Positions 54,279-63,966 of a stretch of 64,000 nt of DNA are shown here, piece by piece. The translations under genes were made by a program, and so were the position numbers. Source of the DNA: Candidatus Latescibacterota bacterium (GTDB lineage: Bacteria > Latescibacterota > UBA2968); assembly GCA_965207885.1 (NCBI GenBank), contig OZ242311.1, positions 544,001 through 608,000 on the forward strand, in the 5' to 3' direction. The notes beneath the pieces were generated by a model. That model saw only the letters and a list, made by a program, of their open reading frames with translations. It was not told the origin of the DNA and did not search any database. Positions within the stretch are counted from its first letter, which is position 1, and every line of letters starts with the position of its first letter.

Positions 54279-54310
54279 GTCATCGCGGCATGCTTAAAGC
54301 CGCGATCCAG
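54279..54310 (+). repeat. REP/RPE-like palindromic element, copy 6
   Basis: GTCATCGCGGC-ATGCTTAAA-GCCGCGATCCAG. Confidence 0.85.
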
Positions 54311-54340
54311 GAGGTTTTTAGCTTTTGCGAGGGGGTTGGT

Positions 54341-56230
54341 ATGCGGATTTTTGTCGCGGTATGTGTTTTGATGGTGCTTCAGGGCAGTGTCGCATTGGCT
54401 CAGAATGAGGCTTCGTTTGGCGTGATGGTGGAGCCAAAAACGGCGCGTGTTGGGGAGGCTGTTGCGGTTTGGATTGATGTCGATCTTTCCGATGATTGGC
54501 ATATTTATTCGGCGACCACACCGCCGGGCGGTCCCTATCCCACGGAGATTGTGCTGTCGGGTGAGGCGTTTCGGCAAGTGGGGGCGGTGATTCAGCCCAG
54601 GCCCATTGTGGAGTACGATCCAAATTTTGAGATGAATGTGGAATATTACCACCCCAAAGTGCGGTTTGGGGTGCGGGCCGAGGTGGGTGAGGGGATGCCG
54701 GGCGAGCGGGTGCTGTCGGGTGAAGTGATCTATATGCTTTGCAATGCGACGCAGTGTTTGCCGCCCAATACGTACGCATTTGAGATTCCCGTGGTGGTGG
54801 AGGCGGGACCTGCGCGGGCGGAGTATGTGTTTTCTCCTGTTGAAGCGCCCGCTGTACCTCTGGATGGCACGGGTAGCGTGGCTGATGTTGAGCGTGCGAT
54901 TACAGAGGGTTTGAGCGCGTTTTTGTACCTGTCTTTGTGGATGGGTTTTCTGGCTTTGCTCACGCCGTGTGTGTTTCCGATGATTCCCATTACGGTGTCG
55001 TTTTTTACCAAGCAGGAAACGCAGAGTCGGAGGGAGTCTGTGACCAAGTCGCTGGCTTATTGCGGGGGTATTATTTTTACGTTTACCGGGTTGGGTATGG
55101 TGTTGGCGGCGACCCTGGGCGCTTCTGGTGCGGCTCTGTTTGCGGCCAATCCCTGGGTCAATTTGTTGATTACTGCGATTTTTGTGGCTTTTGCGCTGGC
55201 GTTGTTTGGGCTGTTTGAGATTCGATTGCCTTACGGTTTGCTCAATAGGTTGAACCAGGTTCAGGGGGGAAGTTATGGCGCGATTTTAATTATGGGGTTC
55301 ACGTTTTCTCTCACGTCGTTTACGTGTACTGCGCCTTTTGTGGGGACGCTGCTGGTGCTGACGGCTCAAGGAACGTGGGCGTGGCCCATTTTGGGCATGC
55401 TGGTATTTTCGGCTGCTTTTGCCTCTCCGTTTTTCTTTTTGGCACTTTTTCCGCAGTCGCTTTCTGCTCTGCCCCAAAGCGGTGGCTGGTTAAATTCCGT
55501 GAAGGTGGTGATGGGGTTTTTGGAATTGGCCGCTGCGTTGAAATTTTTGAGCAATGTCGATCTGGTGTGGCAGTGGGGTATTATTTCGCGCGAGGTCTTT
55601 ATTGCGGGGTGGATCGCGATCTTTTTGCTGTGTGGTTTCTATTTGTTGGGCAAGATCCGCTTGCCGCACGATTCTGTGCTGGATACGATTGGTCCGCTGC
55701 GTTTGCTGGCGAGTAGTGGGTGTTTGGCTTTTGGGCTGTATTTGATGACGGGTCTTTTTGGCGCACCCCTGGGCGAATGGGATGCATTTTTCCCGCCTTA
55801 TGGGAGTTATGGCGAAATTGCCAAGATAAGGAGCGGCGAACCCGAACTGACCTGGCGCGATGATTATGAAGCGGGTTTGGCAGAAGCAAAGACGACGGGC
55901 AAACCGGTATTTATCGATTTTACGGGCTATGCGTGTACGAATTGCCGCTGGATGGAGGCGAATATTTTTCCCGAAAAGGAGGTGCACGCATTGTTAAAGC
56001 AATTTGTACGGGTTCAGTTGTACACAGATGGACGGGGAGAAAAATACAAGCGCAATCGCGATTTGCAGGAGGATCATTTTGGTACGGTTGCTCTGCCTTT
56101 GTACGCGATTATGACACCCGAGGGAAAAGAGATTACGCATTTTCCGGGGATGACGCGCGATGTGGATATTTTTGTTCGCTTTTTGAAACAGGGAATCAGT
56201 CCGACAGTGGCGAGTGTGATCCGCAGATGA
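54341..56230 (+). CDS. dsbD: Protein-disulfide reductase DsbD
   Basis: WHIYS..CNATQCLPP N-domain; LTPCVFPMIP and FTCTAP TM cysteines; DFTGYACTNC thioredoxin. Confidence 0.92.
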   Translation: MRIFVAVCVLMVLQGSVALAQNEASFGVMVEPKTARVGEAVAVWIDVDLSDDWHIYSATTPPGGPYPTEIVLSGEAFRQVGAVIQPRPIVEYDPNFEMNVEYYHPKVRFGVRAEVGEGMPGERVLSGEVIYMLCNATQCLPPNTYAFEIPVVVEAGPARAEYVFSPVEAPAVPLDGTGSVADVERAITEGLSAFLYLSLWMGFLALLTPCVFPMIPITVSFFTKQETQSRRESVTKSLAYCGGIIFTFTGLGMVLAATLGASGAALFAANPWVNLLITAIFVAFALALFGLFEIRLPYGLLNRLNQVQGGSYGAILIMGFTFSLTSFTCTAPFVGTLLVLTAQGTWAWPILGMLVFSAAFASPFFFLALFPQSLSALPQSGGWLNSVKVVMGFLELAAALKFLSNVDLVWQWGIISREVFIAGWIAIFLLCGFYLLGKIRLPHDSVLDTIGPLRLLASSGCLAFGLYLMTGLFGAPLGEWDAFFPPYGSYGEIAKIRSGEPELTWRDDYEAGLAEAKTTGKPVFIDFTGYACTNCRWMEANIFPEKEVHALLKQFVRVQLYTDGRGEKYKRNRDLQEDHFGTVALPLYAIMTPEGKEITHFPGMTRDVDIFVRFLKQGISPTVASVIRR

Positions 56231-56250
56231 CGCAGATGAACGCAGATAAA
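56213..56250 (+). repeat. 38-bp CGCAGAT-array element, copy 2 (contains the dsbD C-terminus and stop)
   Basis: Identical to 49160-49197; encodes SVIRR*. Confidence 0.85.
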
Positions 56251-56302
56251 GACGAATGCAAAGAAAAAAGAGGAACTGGGGCTGGTTGGGAACTGATCGC
56301 TT

Positions 56303-57565
56303 CTATCGTGCCAGGCCGATAAATGTGCCCAGGACGAGGGCAACCACGCCGAGTAGTGATAGGAGAAGGGCGCCAATGGCGATGTGAAGCATTTTGGGTT
56401 CAAGGTGGTCGAGATAGGCTTCGAGTGTTTCGATGCCCGAGCGCATAGCGCGTTCGATGGGGTCGGGAAGGTGCTCGACAAAGGGTATTTTTCGTCGAGA
56501 GAGTTCGTCGATGTATTGAATATTTTTGATGTTGTGTCGGGCGTTGAAGGTGTGTTCGACAAATTTGCGGATTGCAAAACGGTGTACCGGGTCGTGAATT
56601 TCGGATAGGAGAAGGGTTTGTGATTCAATGGTGCTGGATAGTTTGAAGCAGTGTGTGGTCTTGTCGGGGTCGTCTGGGTCGGGGTCGAGTTCGCCTTTGA
56701 CAATGCGTCCCAATATGGTGAGGTCGTGATAGTTGAGGTAGTGATAGCGTCCGCCTTTTTCGCGGCCCAATAGGCTTTCAATGCGCTGGCGCAAGATGTC
56801 GGGGTCGTCTTTGCTCTGGCGGAGGTGTTCGGAAATTTTGGTGTTGAAGCATCGCGCATAAAATTTTAGAAAGTCCCGGACAACGGGCGAGGTATAACTG
56901 CCTTTGGCGTTGATGAGACGACGCACAAAGCCGAGGTAACGGGGATTTGTGTATAGTCGCGTAGCGATGTCGAATGAGCCTGTGGTGAGTGCAGTCGATT
57001 CGCGCATCTGTGATTTGATGGCGGCGTCGATTTGCACGCTCATCTGGATCAGTGCGACGTCTTCGTCGTCTTCGCGCACGATGGACCGGCTCGGGTCTTC
57101 GGGTTCGTCGCGGGCGAGAAAGGGTGTGGTTTCGTCCGAGGCAAAGCTGCCAAGCCCGCCTTCTATGCCCTGTCCGATCATGATTCGAGAAGCGGTTTCT
57201 TCAATTCGCGCTTCTATTTTTTTTGTGAGTTCTTCGGGGAGTTCTTCGTTCTGTTCGGGTACGAGGGCAGAGATGTTGTCTGCAAAGATTTGAACTTGAG
57301 ATTTGTTGTTGAATACATTGAGATAGGGTTGTTGCATGACTTCGGGCAACAGATGCTGTGTGAGGGTGTTGCCCCGCTGTCCTTTGAAGGCGGTGTAGAG
57401 TGCTTCGTGCAGTGAGGTGAAGGGGACCACGCGCGTTGCGACGAGTGCGCGGTCTGTGCCGTAGGTGAAGACGTAGAGGTTTTCCCAATAGCACTTGCGG
57501 TAGTATGGCCGGCCGGTTTTGGAGGAGAAAGCGAAGCGGTATTTTGGATCGACAATGCGTTCCAT
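56303..57565 (-). CDS. Hypothetical protein with C-terminal transmembrane helix
   Basis: AGGAGG RBS before ATG 57565; no motif recognised. Confidence 0.75.
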   Translation of the reverse strand: MERIVDPKYRFAFSSKTGRPYYRKCYWENLYVFTYGTDRALVATRVVPFTSLHEALYTAFKGQRGNTLTQHLLPEVMQQPYLNVFNNKSQVQIFADNISALVPEQNEELPEELTKKIEARIEETASRIMIGQGIEGGLGSFASDETTPFLARDEPEDPSRSIVREDDEDVALIQMSVQIDAAIKSQMRESTALTTGSFDIATRLYTNPRYLGFVRRLINAKGSYTSPVVRDFLKFYARCFNTKISEHLRQSKDDPDILRQRIESLLGREKGGRYHYLNYHDLTILGRIVKGELDPDPDDPDKTTHCFKLSSTIESQTLLLSEIHDPVHRFAIRKFVEHTFNARHNIKNIQYIDELSRRKIPFVEHLPDPIERAMRSGIETLEAYLDHLEPKMLHIAIGALLLSLLGVVALVLGTFIGLAR

Positions 57566-57629
57566 CGGTTCCTCCTGGTGGAAATGGACGGTTTCTGAGT
57601 ACAATAATACGTTATTTTGAAAGGTAAAA

Positions 57630-59735
57630 ATGAATTATTTTCGGAGCAATCGGTTTCTCAATACGCTGCCCGATTGGGAAACGGGTGAGCCGATAGAAGG
57701 TGCGCTGGAAAATTATTTGCCGCGTGTGCGCGCTCTGTTGCATCGCATGGATAATCCCCAGGCGCGGTTTGACTCTGTTATTGTGGGGGGAACAAATGGC
57801 AAGGGGACGGTGAGTTATTTACTATCTGAGTTGTTGCGGGCAGCGGGTTTTCGCGTGGGGCTTTATACGTCGCCGCATTTGCACACGGTGCGCGAGCGGA
57901 TATGCGTTGATGGCGAGGTGCTCGCGCGCGATGTGTGGGCCGAAGGCGTCGCACATTTTTACGAGAAAAGCCGCGATTTTGAGCGCGAAGGCTGGGGTGC
58001 ATTTAGCAAGTTTGAGGCGCTCACGGTTTTGGCAACCCATCATTTTGCGCGGGCGAATGTGGATTGGGCTGTTTTTGAAGTGGGGCTGGGTGGACAATTT
58101 GACGCGACCAATGCGTGGGATTCAAAAGTTGCTGTGTTGACGGCTATTCATCTGGATCACGTGGATGTGTTGGGCAATACGCTGTGTGAGATTGCGGCGG
58201 ATAAGGTACATATTGCGCGTTCGGGAAGGCCGCTGTTTACGGGGTCAGGGCAGGCACCTGAGGTTTTGAAGGTGTTGGAAAGGGAATGTGCGCTTCGGGG
58301 TGCGGTGTTGCAGGTGGTCGATGAGGAAATGGACGATATGGCGGATCGACCGATTACTTTTCGGGAGAATGCCGCGCTGTCGGTTGCTGTGGCGCGTCAT
58401 ATTGTAGATGGGCGCGGGATGGTGTTGCCAGATGAGCGGGTGCGGGATGTGGTTTTGAATCTGGCTCTGCCCGGGCGCTTTGAGGTGGTTCGGAAGACGT
58501 TGATTTTAGATGGTGCCCACAATCCGGATGCGGTTCGCGCTTTGGTGCGCGATTTGCAAGTTCTATCGGATAAGTGGCGATTTGTGGTGGGTGTTAATAA
58601 GGGGCACGATGCACGGGGTATTTTGCAGGCACTTTCGCCCATAGCTGCCGAAGTTGTTTTGACGCAGTCGGCACATCCCAAAGCCATTTCTGTGGCGAGC
58701 TTGAGATCGCTGGTTCCAGAGGGGCTGTGCGTGCGGTGTGAGACTGGGGGATTGGATTTTTTGACTGAGGTGTCCCAACAGCCTACGTGCGTACTCGGGT
58801 CGCTGCATCTGGTGGCGTTGGCACGCGAGGTGTTGGATTTGCCCGGGGAGGCGGATAGTTTTGGCGAGGATGTGATTTTAGAGAGTTTGCGGTGTCTTGA
58901 AATCGCGTGTCGGCAGTTGGGCGTGGGATATGAGGCGGTGTCGGCAGATGGCAATGTGATTCGGGTGGAGAGAGAGGGAAAGCCGCTGTATTTTTTGCGA
59001 AATAAACATCCGTTTAACGATTATGTTTCTGGAAAATTGGCAGAAGATAAGGGGTATCAATACGAGGTGTTTGGTCGGGCGAATATCACAGTGCCCAGGA
59101 CGATGACGGTGTTCAATCCTCTATCTGACCGGCGGTTTGATCGGTATAAGACGCATGCTTCTGTGGCAGATATTGTGAGTGATGTGGTGCAACATATGTC
59201 TTTTCCAGTTGTGCTGAAACGCAATCGCGGATCTATGGCACGGGGCGTGTATTTGGAGACGAATGCAGAGGATTTGCATGCGCGCTTGCAAGACTTGTGT
59301 GTGGAAAGCAGCCTGTTTGACAATGTGTTGTTGATCCAGGCGTATGTTGAGGGTCCTGAGTATCGCATTGTGGGCAGTGAGGATGAGTTGTTGCTCGCAT
59401 ATCAAAAGCAAAATGATTCAGATATTGAGGGAGAGGACATCAATCCCCTGCATCGGGCGGGGGGCAGGGCAGTTGTGGTCGAGGATGAGGAATTATTGGC
59501 GGGTTTTCGCGCGTTGACACAGGCGTTAAATCGGGTGCTGGATTTGGGTTTTTACGCGATTGATTTGATCGTCAGTTCCAATGATTTTTTTGTTCTGGAA
59601 GTGAATCCCAATCCTATATGTCACTTTTACAATGCGGATAATGGACGAGGTGATTTTGTGCAGATTTATCAGTATCTGGTACGGAAGTATTTGCTGGGGG
59701 AGTGTCCTGAGTTGTTGGGGAGAAGAGAGGATTAG
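57630..59735 (+). CDS. folC: FolC (folylpolyglutamate synthase/dihydrofolate synthase) fused to a RimK-like ATP-grasp domain
   Basis: GTNGKGT, YTSPHL..VRERI, FEVGLGG..DATN, PGRFE, DGAHN; then VLKRNRGSMARGV, IQAYV..EYR, AIDLI, LEVNPNP. Confidence 0.85.
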   Translation: MNYFRSNRFLNTLPDWETGEPIEGALENYLPRVRALLHRMDNPQARFDSVIVGGTNGKGTVSYLLSELLRAAGFRVGLYTSPHLHTVRERICVDGEVLARDVWAEGVAHFYEKSRDFEREGWGAFSKFEALTVLATHHFARANVDWAVFEVGLGGQFDATNAWDSKVAVLTAIHLDHVDVLGNTLCEIAADKVHIARSGRPLFTGSGQAPEVLKVLERECALRGAVLQVVDEEMDDMADRPITFRENAALSVAVARHIVDGRGMVLPDERVRDVVLNLALPGRFEVVRKTLILDGAHNPDAVRALVRDLQVLSDKWRFVVGVNKGHDARGILQALSPIAAEVVLTQSAHPKAISVASLRSLVPEGLCVRCETGGLDFLTEVSQQPTCVLGSLHLVALAREVLDLPGEADSFGEDVILESLRCLEIACRQLGVGYEAVSADGNVIRVEREGKPLYFLRNKHPFNDYVSGKLAEDKGYQYEVFGRANITVPRTMTVFNPLSDRRFDRYKTHASVADIVSDVVQHMSFPVVLKRNRGSMARGVYLETNAEDLHARLQDLCVESSLFDNVLLIQAYVEGPEYRIVGSEDELLLAYQKQNDSDIEGEDINPLHRAGGRAVVVEDEELLAGFRALTQALNRVLDLGFYAIDLIVSSNDFFVLEVNPNPICHFYNADNGRGDFVQIYQYLVRKYLLGECPELLGRRED

Positions 59736-62700
59736 ATTTCTACTGGAATCATTTTGCGCGTTTTCGGCTGATATGTCATGCCTGTAAGTAATTTTTCGAG
59801 TGTGTTGGTGATGCGGAAGACAACGCGATTTTTGCCTTGTTTGAGATGGGCTGTTTTTCCAGTCCAGCAATAGGGTGCCCAGGCGCGTACGCCCAAAGAC
59901 TGGCCGTTGATTGTTATTTCGACGATGTCGCCGAGGTTTTTCACGGTGCGTTCGAGGTCTATTTTGAAACGCGGGGTTTGGGGCAGGGTTTTGAAGTCGA
60001 TGTCCCGGGTGTATGACACGGTGCCAGCATAGAAGGGCAGTCCCTGTGCTTTGAGGTCAAAAATTGGACCGCTATCTTGAAGGGGTGATAGTTTGGGATA
60101 TACGTTGCGCCAGGATTTGACCTGAAAACGTCCAAAGAGATACAGGGCATCGACGAGGCCATCACCCGGGCTGTTGACTTCCACACGGATGGCGATCACA
60201 TTTTTGCCCTTGTTTATGCGTTGTCCCACGGAACACGTCGCGTTGGCGTGATCGAATCGGAAGGTGGGGCGAAAAGCATTGCTCGGCAATTTGGAACCGT
60301 TGATGTAGATCTGGTGCTCTCCCTGAATGGCACTTCGATCCATGACCAGAGAGAGTTTACTGGGGACAATGTCTGCGATAAAGGTTTTTCGGTACCAACA
60401 AATCGTTTTTTCTTCTGGGTCGTCAAAAGGTTGTGGGCGCGTTTCGGACCATCTGCTATCGCTATAAGTCGGCTGATGCCAGCCCTGGCGTTTGCCCGTG
60501 TTAGACGGGTCGAATTTCGTTTTGAATTTGTCCAGGCGCAAGGCATTATCTTCTTCTGGATCAACTTTCCAGTGACCTGTTAAATTGAGTTTGAGAGTTT
60601 CTACCAGAGGCTCTTCTTTTTCTTTTTTCGGGTGGCCCGGAGAGGTTACGATCATATGTGATTGCAGCCGATCAAAGGAGAGGTTAATGCGACTCATTTC
60701 TCCGGCAGGTTCGACCACAAGAGGTGTGCGTTTGCCCGTTTCTAAATCCCATTTCTCTATATGTCCGTCGGAGGCGGGTATAAAAATTTGTGTTGTAACG
60801 GGCGAATTTTCCCGATTGGAAAAAAAGAATATGCGATGCTTTTCATCTGTTCGGTGGTGATATTGTATTGTGTCGGCGCTTTTCCCGTCTGACATGATGT
60901 GTACTCGCCGAGGCAGTATTTCGTCGAGCAGGCGTTCCAGCATGGATGTCGCCTGATTTTTTTCTACAGTACCCCCCGTGCGGATAAACATGAAGTTGTC
61001 TCGACTCAGCAAGTGGACGCCCGATTCGTGGCCGGTATAATCGCGAATCATTCGCCCGGGGTCCATGTCGGTCAACCGCGAAAATCCCTCGACGACCGAT
61101 GTGCCCTCTTGAATATCCTCGATGGGCAATAATCCCAGGGCGATGACGAGACCGCCTGCATTGATAAATGCGCGTAGCTTATCAAAAGCTGCGCGTTCCA
61201 GATTGGTGATGGGAGGAATGATCAGGACCGTGTAGCGCGTTTTGCCGATCTGCAATTGGCGGTTGGTGATTTCCGCCTGAGCGAGGAGGGCCGGGTCAAG
61301 ACTTTGAAATGGCCGCTGCATCTGATACAGAGCGCGGGCAATACAGGCCCAGTCGGCAACGAGGTTATTGGTCAGTGTTTCTTCATCGGGATCATAGCCG
61401 ACATAAGACCAGTTGTGAAACGGGTGTGCGAGGTGTGCCCACAGGCTGGTGACGGGCTCGAGGAGTGCAATATCGGCGACTTGCTGACCCTGGATTAAGA
61501 GATGGGCAAGTCGCCCCGCGTAGTCAGACAGCAGATGGAAGTGTTTCCAGTAGGGATTTTGATGAAATAGAGATGTGGCGTGTTTGCGCAATCCGTCGAG
61601 TGTGTAGTAGAGGGCGTGGGGCGCAAAGAAGTTGGTTCCGTGGGTGCCGAGGGTATCGAGCTGTGCTTTCATATCTTGCAGCGTGGTTGCCCAGCCCGTG
61701 TTTTGAAAACAGGTATTGAGTACGCGTGAAGTGCTTGTCTGTGCGGCGAGCGACGTTGCAAATTCAGGGCTGTGGCGATATGATACGACGTATTCTCTGG
61801 TGCGTTCAACACTACCGCCTGTACCAGGTATGGGTATGGAAGTGCGATGGGCATTGCGAAGCGGGGTTATATCGCTCGCATAATTGAGGTCGTGTTCTTT
61901 GCACCAGTCGGCACTGCGCGCGCTGTCGTGCCGCTGTTGCAGTTCGCTCAGGGTTTGAAAATAATCGTAGCGGATGCGGCTCGTGTTGGGTCCAAAGTAG
62001 GTTATGAGGGCAGGCAAGCAAGGGAGTATATTGTAGCCATTGCGCGTTTGGAAGTAGTCGGGCAATACAGGTGACCAGGGCAGGCGATCTTTGGGAAAAT
62101 GCGTTTCCGAAGTTAAGATGCCCTTTAAGGTTTTGCCCTGAAAGGCGGAAAATTGTTCGATGTAGGGTTGTTGAATGGTCTGGTGCAGGGTGCGAACAGA
62201 CTCTGGATTGAACCGATCGAGGTGTGAGCCAGGACAATCGCTGGTTGCCGTGGGTTCTTGCAAAAAAACGAGCACGCGCCAACGTCCGGCAGGTGCTTTC
62301 CAGTACAGTCGGCGGGTGGGATTAAAAGATACATAATTGTAGGGATGGTGGGCGGACACAGCGCTGTTGTTGCGCAATGCGTGGTGTTGGTGATTGACCC
62401 CCAGATAAGCACTGATATCTTGTTTGTCTTCCCACAGACAGCGGTCTCTTCGCAAGGGCACAGCGAATGCTTGCAACACGGGTGCCCAGGGCAGCATAAG
62501 GTCAACTTGTTGTCCGCCCTGTACAACGGTTTCGCGAAAGGTGAGTTGTTGTGCGATGAATTGAGGATGGTTTAAGGTGATTTGGGTCGATCCAATACCA
62601 CCTGGATAGCGGTATTCGTCGTGGATCCAGACCTGGAGGCCATTTTCTTCTGCTGTTTCGAGTGCCAATTTTACGCGCTCGAACCAGATGTGCGACAAAT

Positions 62701-62869
62701 AGGGCGTTTTTAGCCCGGGTCCTGTTGATAGACAGAATCCACCGAGTCTCTTTTCGCTCATTTCGCGGATTTGACGAACGAGTTCGTTTTCTTCTATGAT
62801 GCCGTTCCATATCCAAAATGGAACGAGACGGTCAGCCGCAGGGGGATTGATGAAGTTTTTGAGGTTCAT
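59732..62869 (-). CDS. GH106 (alpha-L-rhamnosidase)-like protein with GH2-type sugar-binding C-terminus
   Basis: PFWIWNG, RQIREM, YLS..WF, WIHDE, RYDYF, QNPYW, PFYAG, LGVRAWAPY. Confidence 0.75.
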   Translation of the reverse strand: MNLKNFINPPAADRLVPFWIWNGIIEENELVRQIREMSEKRLGGFCLSTGPGLKTPYLSHIWFERVKLALETAEENGLQVWIHDEYRYPGGIGSTQITLNHPQFIAQQLTFRETVVQGGQQVDLMLPWAPVLQAFAVPLRRDRCLWEDKQDISAYLGVNHQHHALRNNSAVSAHHPYNYVSFNPTRRLYWKAPAGRWRVLVFLQEPTATSDCPGSHLDRFNPESVRTLHQTIQQPYIEQFSAFQGKTLKGILTSETHFPKDRLPWSPVLPDYFQTRNGYNILPCLPALITYFGPNTSRIRYDYFQTLSELQQRHDSARSADWCKEHDLNYASDITPLRNAHRTSIPIPGTGGSVERTREYVVSYRHSPEFATSLAAQTSTSRVLNTCFQNTGWATTLQDMKAQLDTLGTHGTNFFAPHALYYTLDGLRKHATSLFHQNPYWKHFHLLSDYAGRLAHLLIQGQQVADIALLEPVTSLWAHLAHPFHNWSYVGYDPDEETLTNNLVADWACIARALYQMQRPFQSLDPALLAQAEITNRQLQIGKTRYTVLIIPPITNLERAAFDKLRAFINAGGLVIALGLLPIEDIQEGTSVVEGFSRLTDMDPGRMIRDYTGHESGVHLLSRDNFMFIRTGGTVEKNQATSMLERLLDEILPRRVHIMSDGKSADTIQYHHRTDEKHRIFFFSNRENSPVTTQIFIPASDGHIEKWDLETGKRTPLVVEPAGEMSRINLSFDRLQSHMIVTSPGHPKKEKEEPLVETLKLNLTGHWKVDPEEDNALRLDKFKTKFDPSNTGKRQGWHQPTYSDSRWSETRPQPFDDPEEKTICWYRKTFIADIVPSKLSLVMDRSAIQGEHQIYINGSKLPSNAFRPTFRFDHANATCSVGQRINKGKNVIAIRVEVNSPGDGLVDALYLFGRFQVKSWRNVYPKLSPLQDSGPIFDLKAQGLPFYAGTVSYTRDIDFKTLPQTPRFKIDLERTVKNLGDIVEITINGQSLGVRAWAPYCWTGKTAHLKQGKNRVVFRITNTLEKLLTGMTYQPKTRKMIPVEI

Positions 62870-62870
62870 A

Positions 62871-63104
62871 TTAGTTTACGTCAGCACAGGCCTGACAGAT
62901 ATATGTAACTACCCGGCCGTGCGGGCGAATACGGGTGAGTTTAATCTCGCCTTCCCGCTGTTTGCACTGCGCGCATGGTCGGTCTAATTTGGGGGCGGTA
63001 AGGCCCGAACAGGTATCACAGTGATAAAGGACGCGCTTTATGCCGTTTTCGATATGCGTTTGTGCTTTTGTTGCTGGAACTTTGCCACATTGTTCGCAAA
63101 TCAA
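62871..63104 (-). CDS. Small zinc-finger protein (four CxxC; McsA N-terminus-like duplication)
   Basis: CEQC..HCDTC and CAQC..ICQAC; TTG start at 63104 behind GAGG. Confidence 0.65.
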   Translation of the reverse strand: MICEQCGKVPATKAQTHIENGIKRVLYHCDTCSGLTAPKLDRPCAQCKQREGEIKLTRIRPHGRVVTYICQACADVN

Positions 63105-63253
63105 TGGCGTGACCTCGCGTTTTGAGATGCCCGCGTTTCGTTTATTTATAACCCCGAAATTTAATGCCTGAATAGAAAAAGTCAAGTTATTTTAATAAAA
63201 TGTTGTTTTATTATAAGTTTATGGAATGATATATAAGCTGTTAAAATACGCGC

Positions 63254-63282
63254 TTGTCAACAATAAGCCTTATCATTATACT
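63254..63282 (+). promoter_or_regulatory. Sigma70-type promoter
   Basis: TTGTCA-17 bp-TATACT. Confidence 0.55.
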
Positions 63283-63296
63283 ACAAATGCAAAATA

Positions 63297-63361
63297 AGCG
63301 GTCAGCGGTCAGCAGTTAGCAAAACAAGCTATTAGCTGAAAGCTGATAGCTGAAAGCTGAT
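63297..63361. repeat. Inverted pair of heptamer arrays in the 5' leader
   Basis: AGCGGTC AGCGGTC AGCAGTT facing GCTATTA GCTGAAA GCTGATA GCTGAAA GCTGAT. Confidence 0.75.
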
Positions 63362-63363
63362 AT

Positions 63364-63966
63364 ATGAACGAGCAAATTTACGGTCTTGTGCTGGCCGCGG
63401 GTATGGCGCGGCGCATGGGGTCAACCAAACAGTTGTTGCCTTTTGGCGATCGAACGGTTCTTCAAACAGTAGTTGATACGCTGTCGGGTGCTGATCTGGC
63501 TGGCGTTGTGGTGGTTTTGGGGCACGATGCAGATGCTGTGCGCGAGAGTTTGCGCGGTCGGACCGTGCTGTGTTGCGTGAATGACGCGTACCGCGAGGGG
63601 ATGTTTTCCAGTGTTCTTTGCGGTCTCCACCATTTGCCTGAGGATGCAGATGCGGTGCTGATCGCACTCGGGGATCAGCCTCAGATTGAATTGAATGTTG
63701 TTCGGGCTGTGTTGCGGGCATACCGCGAGGGCGATCGGGGTATTGTGATTCCCATTTCGGGTGGAAAGCGCGGGCATCCGGTGCTGGTCAATTTGTCGCG
63801 TTATCGGGACGAGATTCTGAGGCTTTCTGGAGATGAGGGTCTCAAGCCGGTCATGCGCGGGCACCCGCACGATACGCTGGAGGTGCCGGTAGATGATGAG
63901 GGTATTTTGCGGGATCTGGATACGCCAGAAGATTATCGGGCGGAGATTGAAAGGCGAGGGAAGTGA
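63364..63966 (+). CDS. MocA/MobA-like nucleotidyltransferase (molybdenum cofactor cytidylyltransferase-like)
   Basis: VLAAGMARRMG..KQLL, GMFSS, LGDQP, GHPV, GDEG, DLDTPEDY. Confidence 0.88.
   Translation: MNEQIYGLVLAAGMARRMGSTKQLLPFGDRTVLQTVVDTLSGADLAGVVVVLGHDADAVRESLRGRTVLCCVNDAYREGMFSSVLCGLHHLPEDADAVLIALGDQPQIELNVVRAVLRAYREGDRGIVIPISGGKRGHPVLVNLSRYRDEILRLSGDEGLKPVMRGHPHDTLEVPVDDEGILRDLDTPEDYRAEIERRGK

Noticed and set aside
18405-54310. Palindromic or 38-bp repeats as a CRISPR array
   Set aside because: Copies are kilobases apart, with no regular spacers and no cas genes
57630-59735. Cyanophycin synthetase
   Set aside because: Domain order is reversed, the motifs are FolC-specific (TSPHL, EVGLGG..DATN, DGAHN) and there is no cyanophycinase nearby
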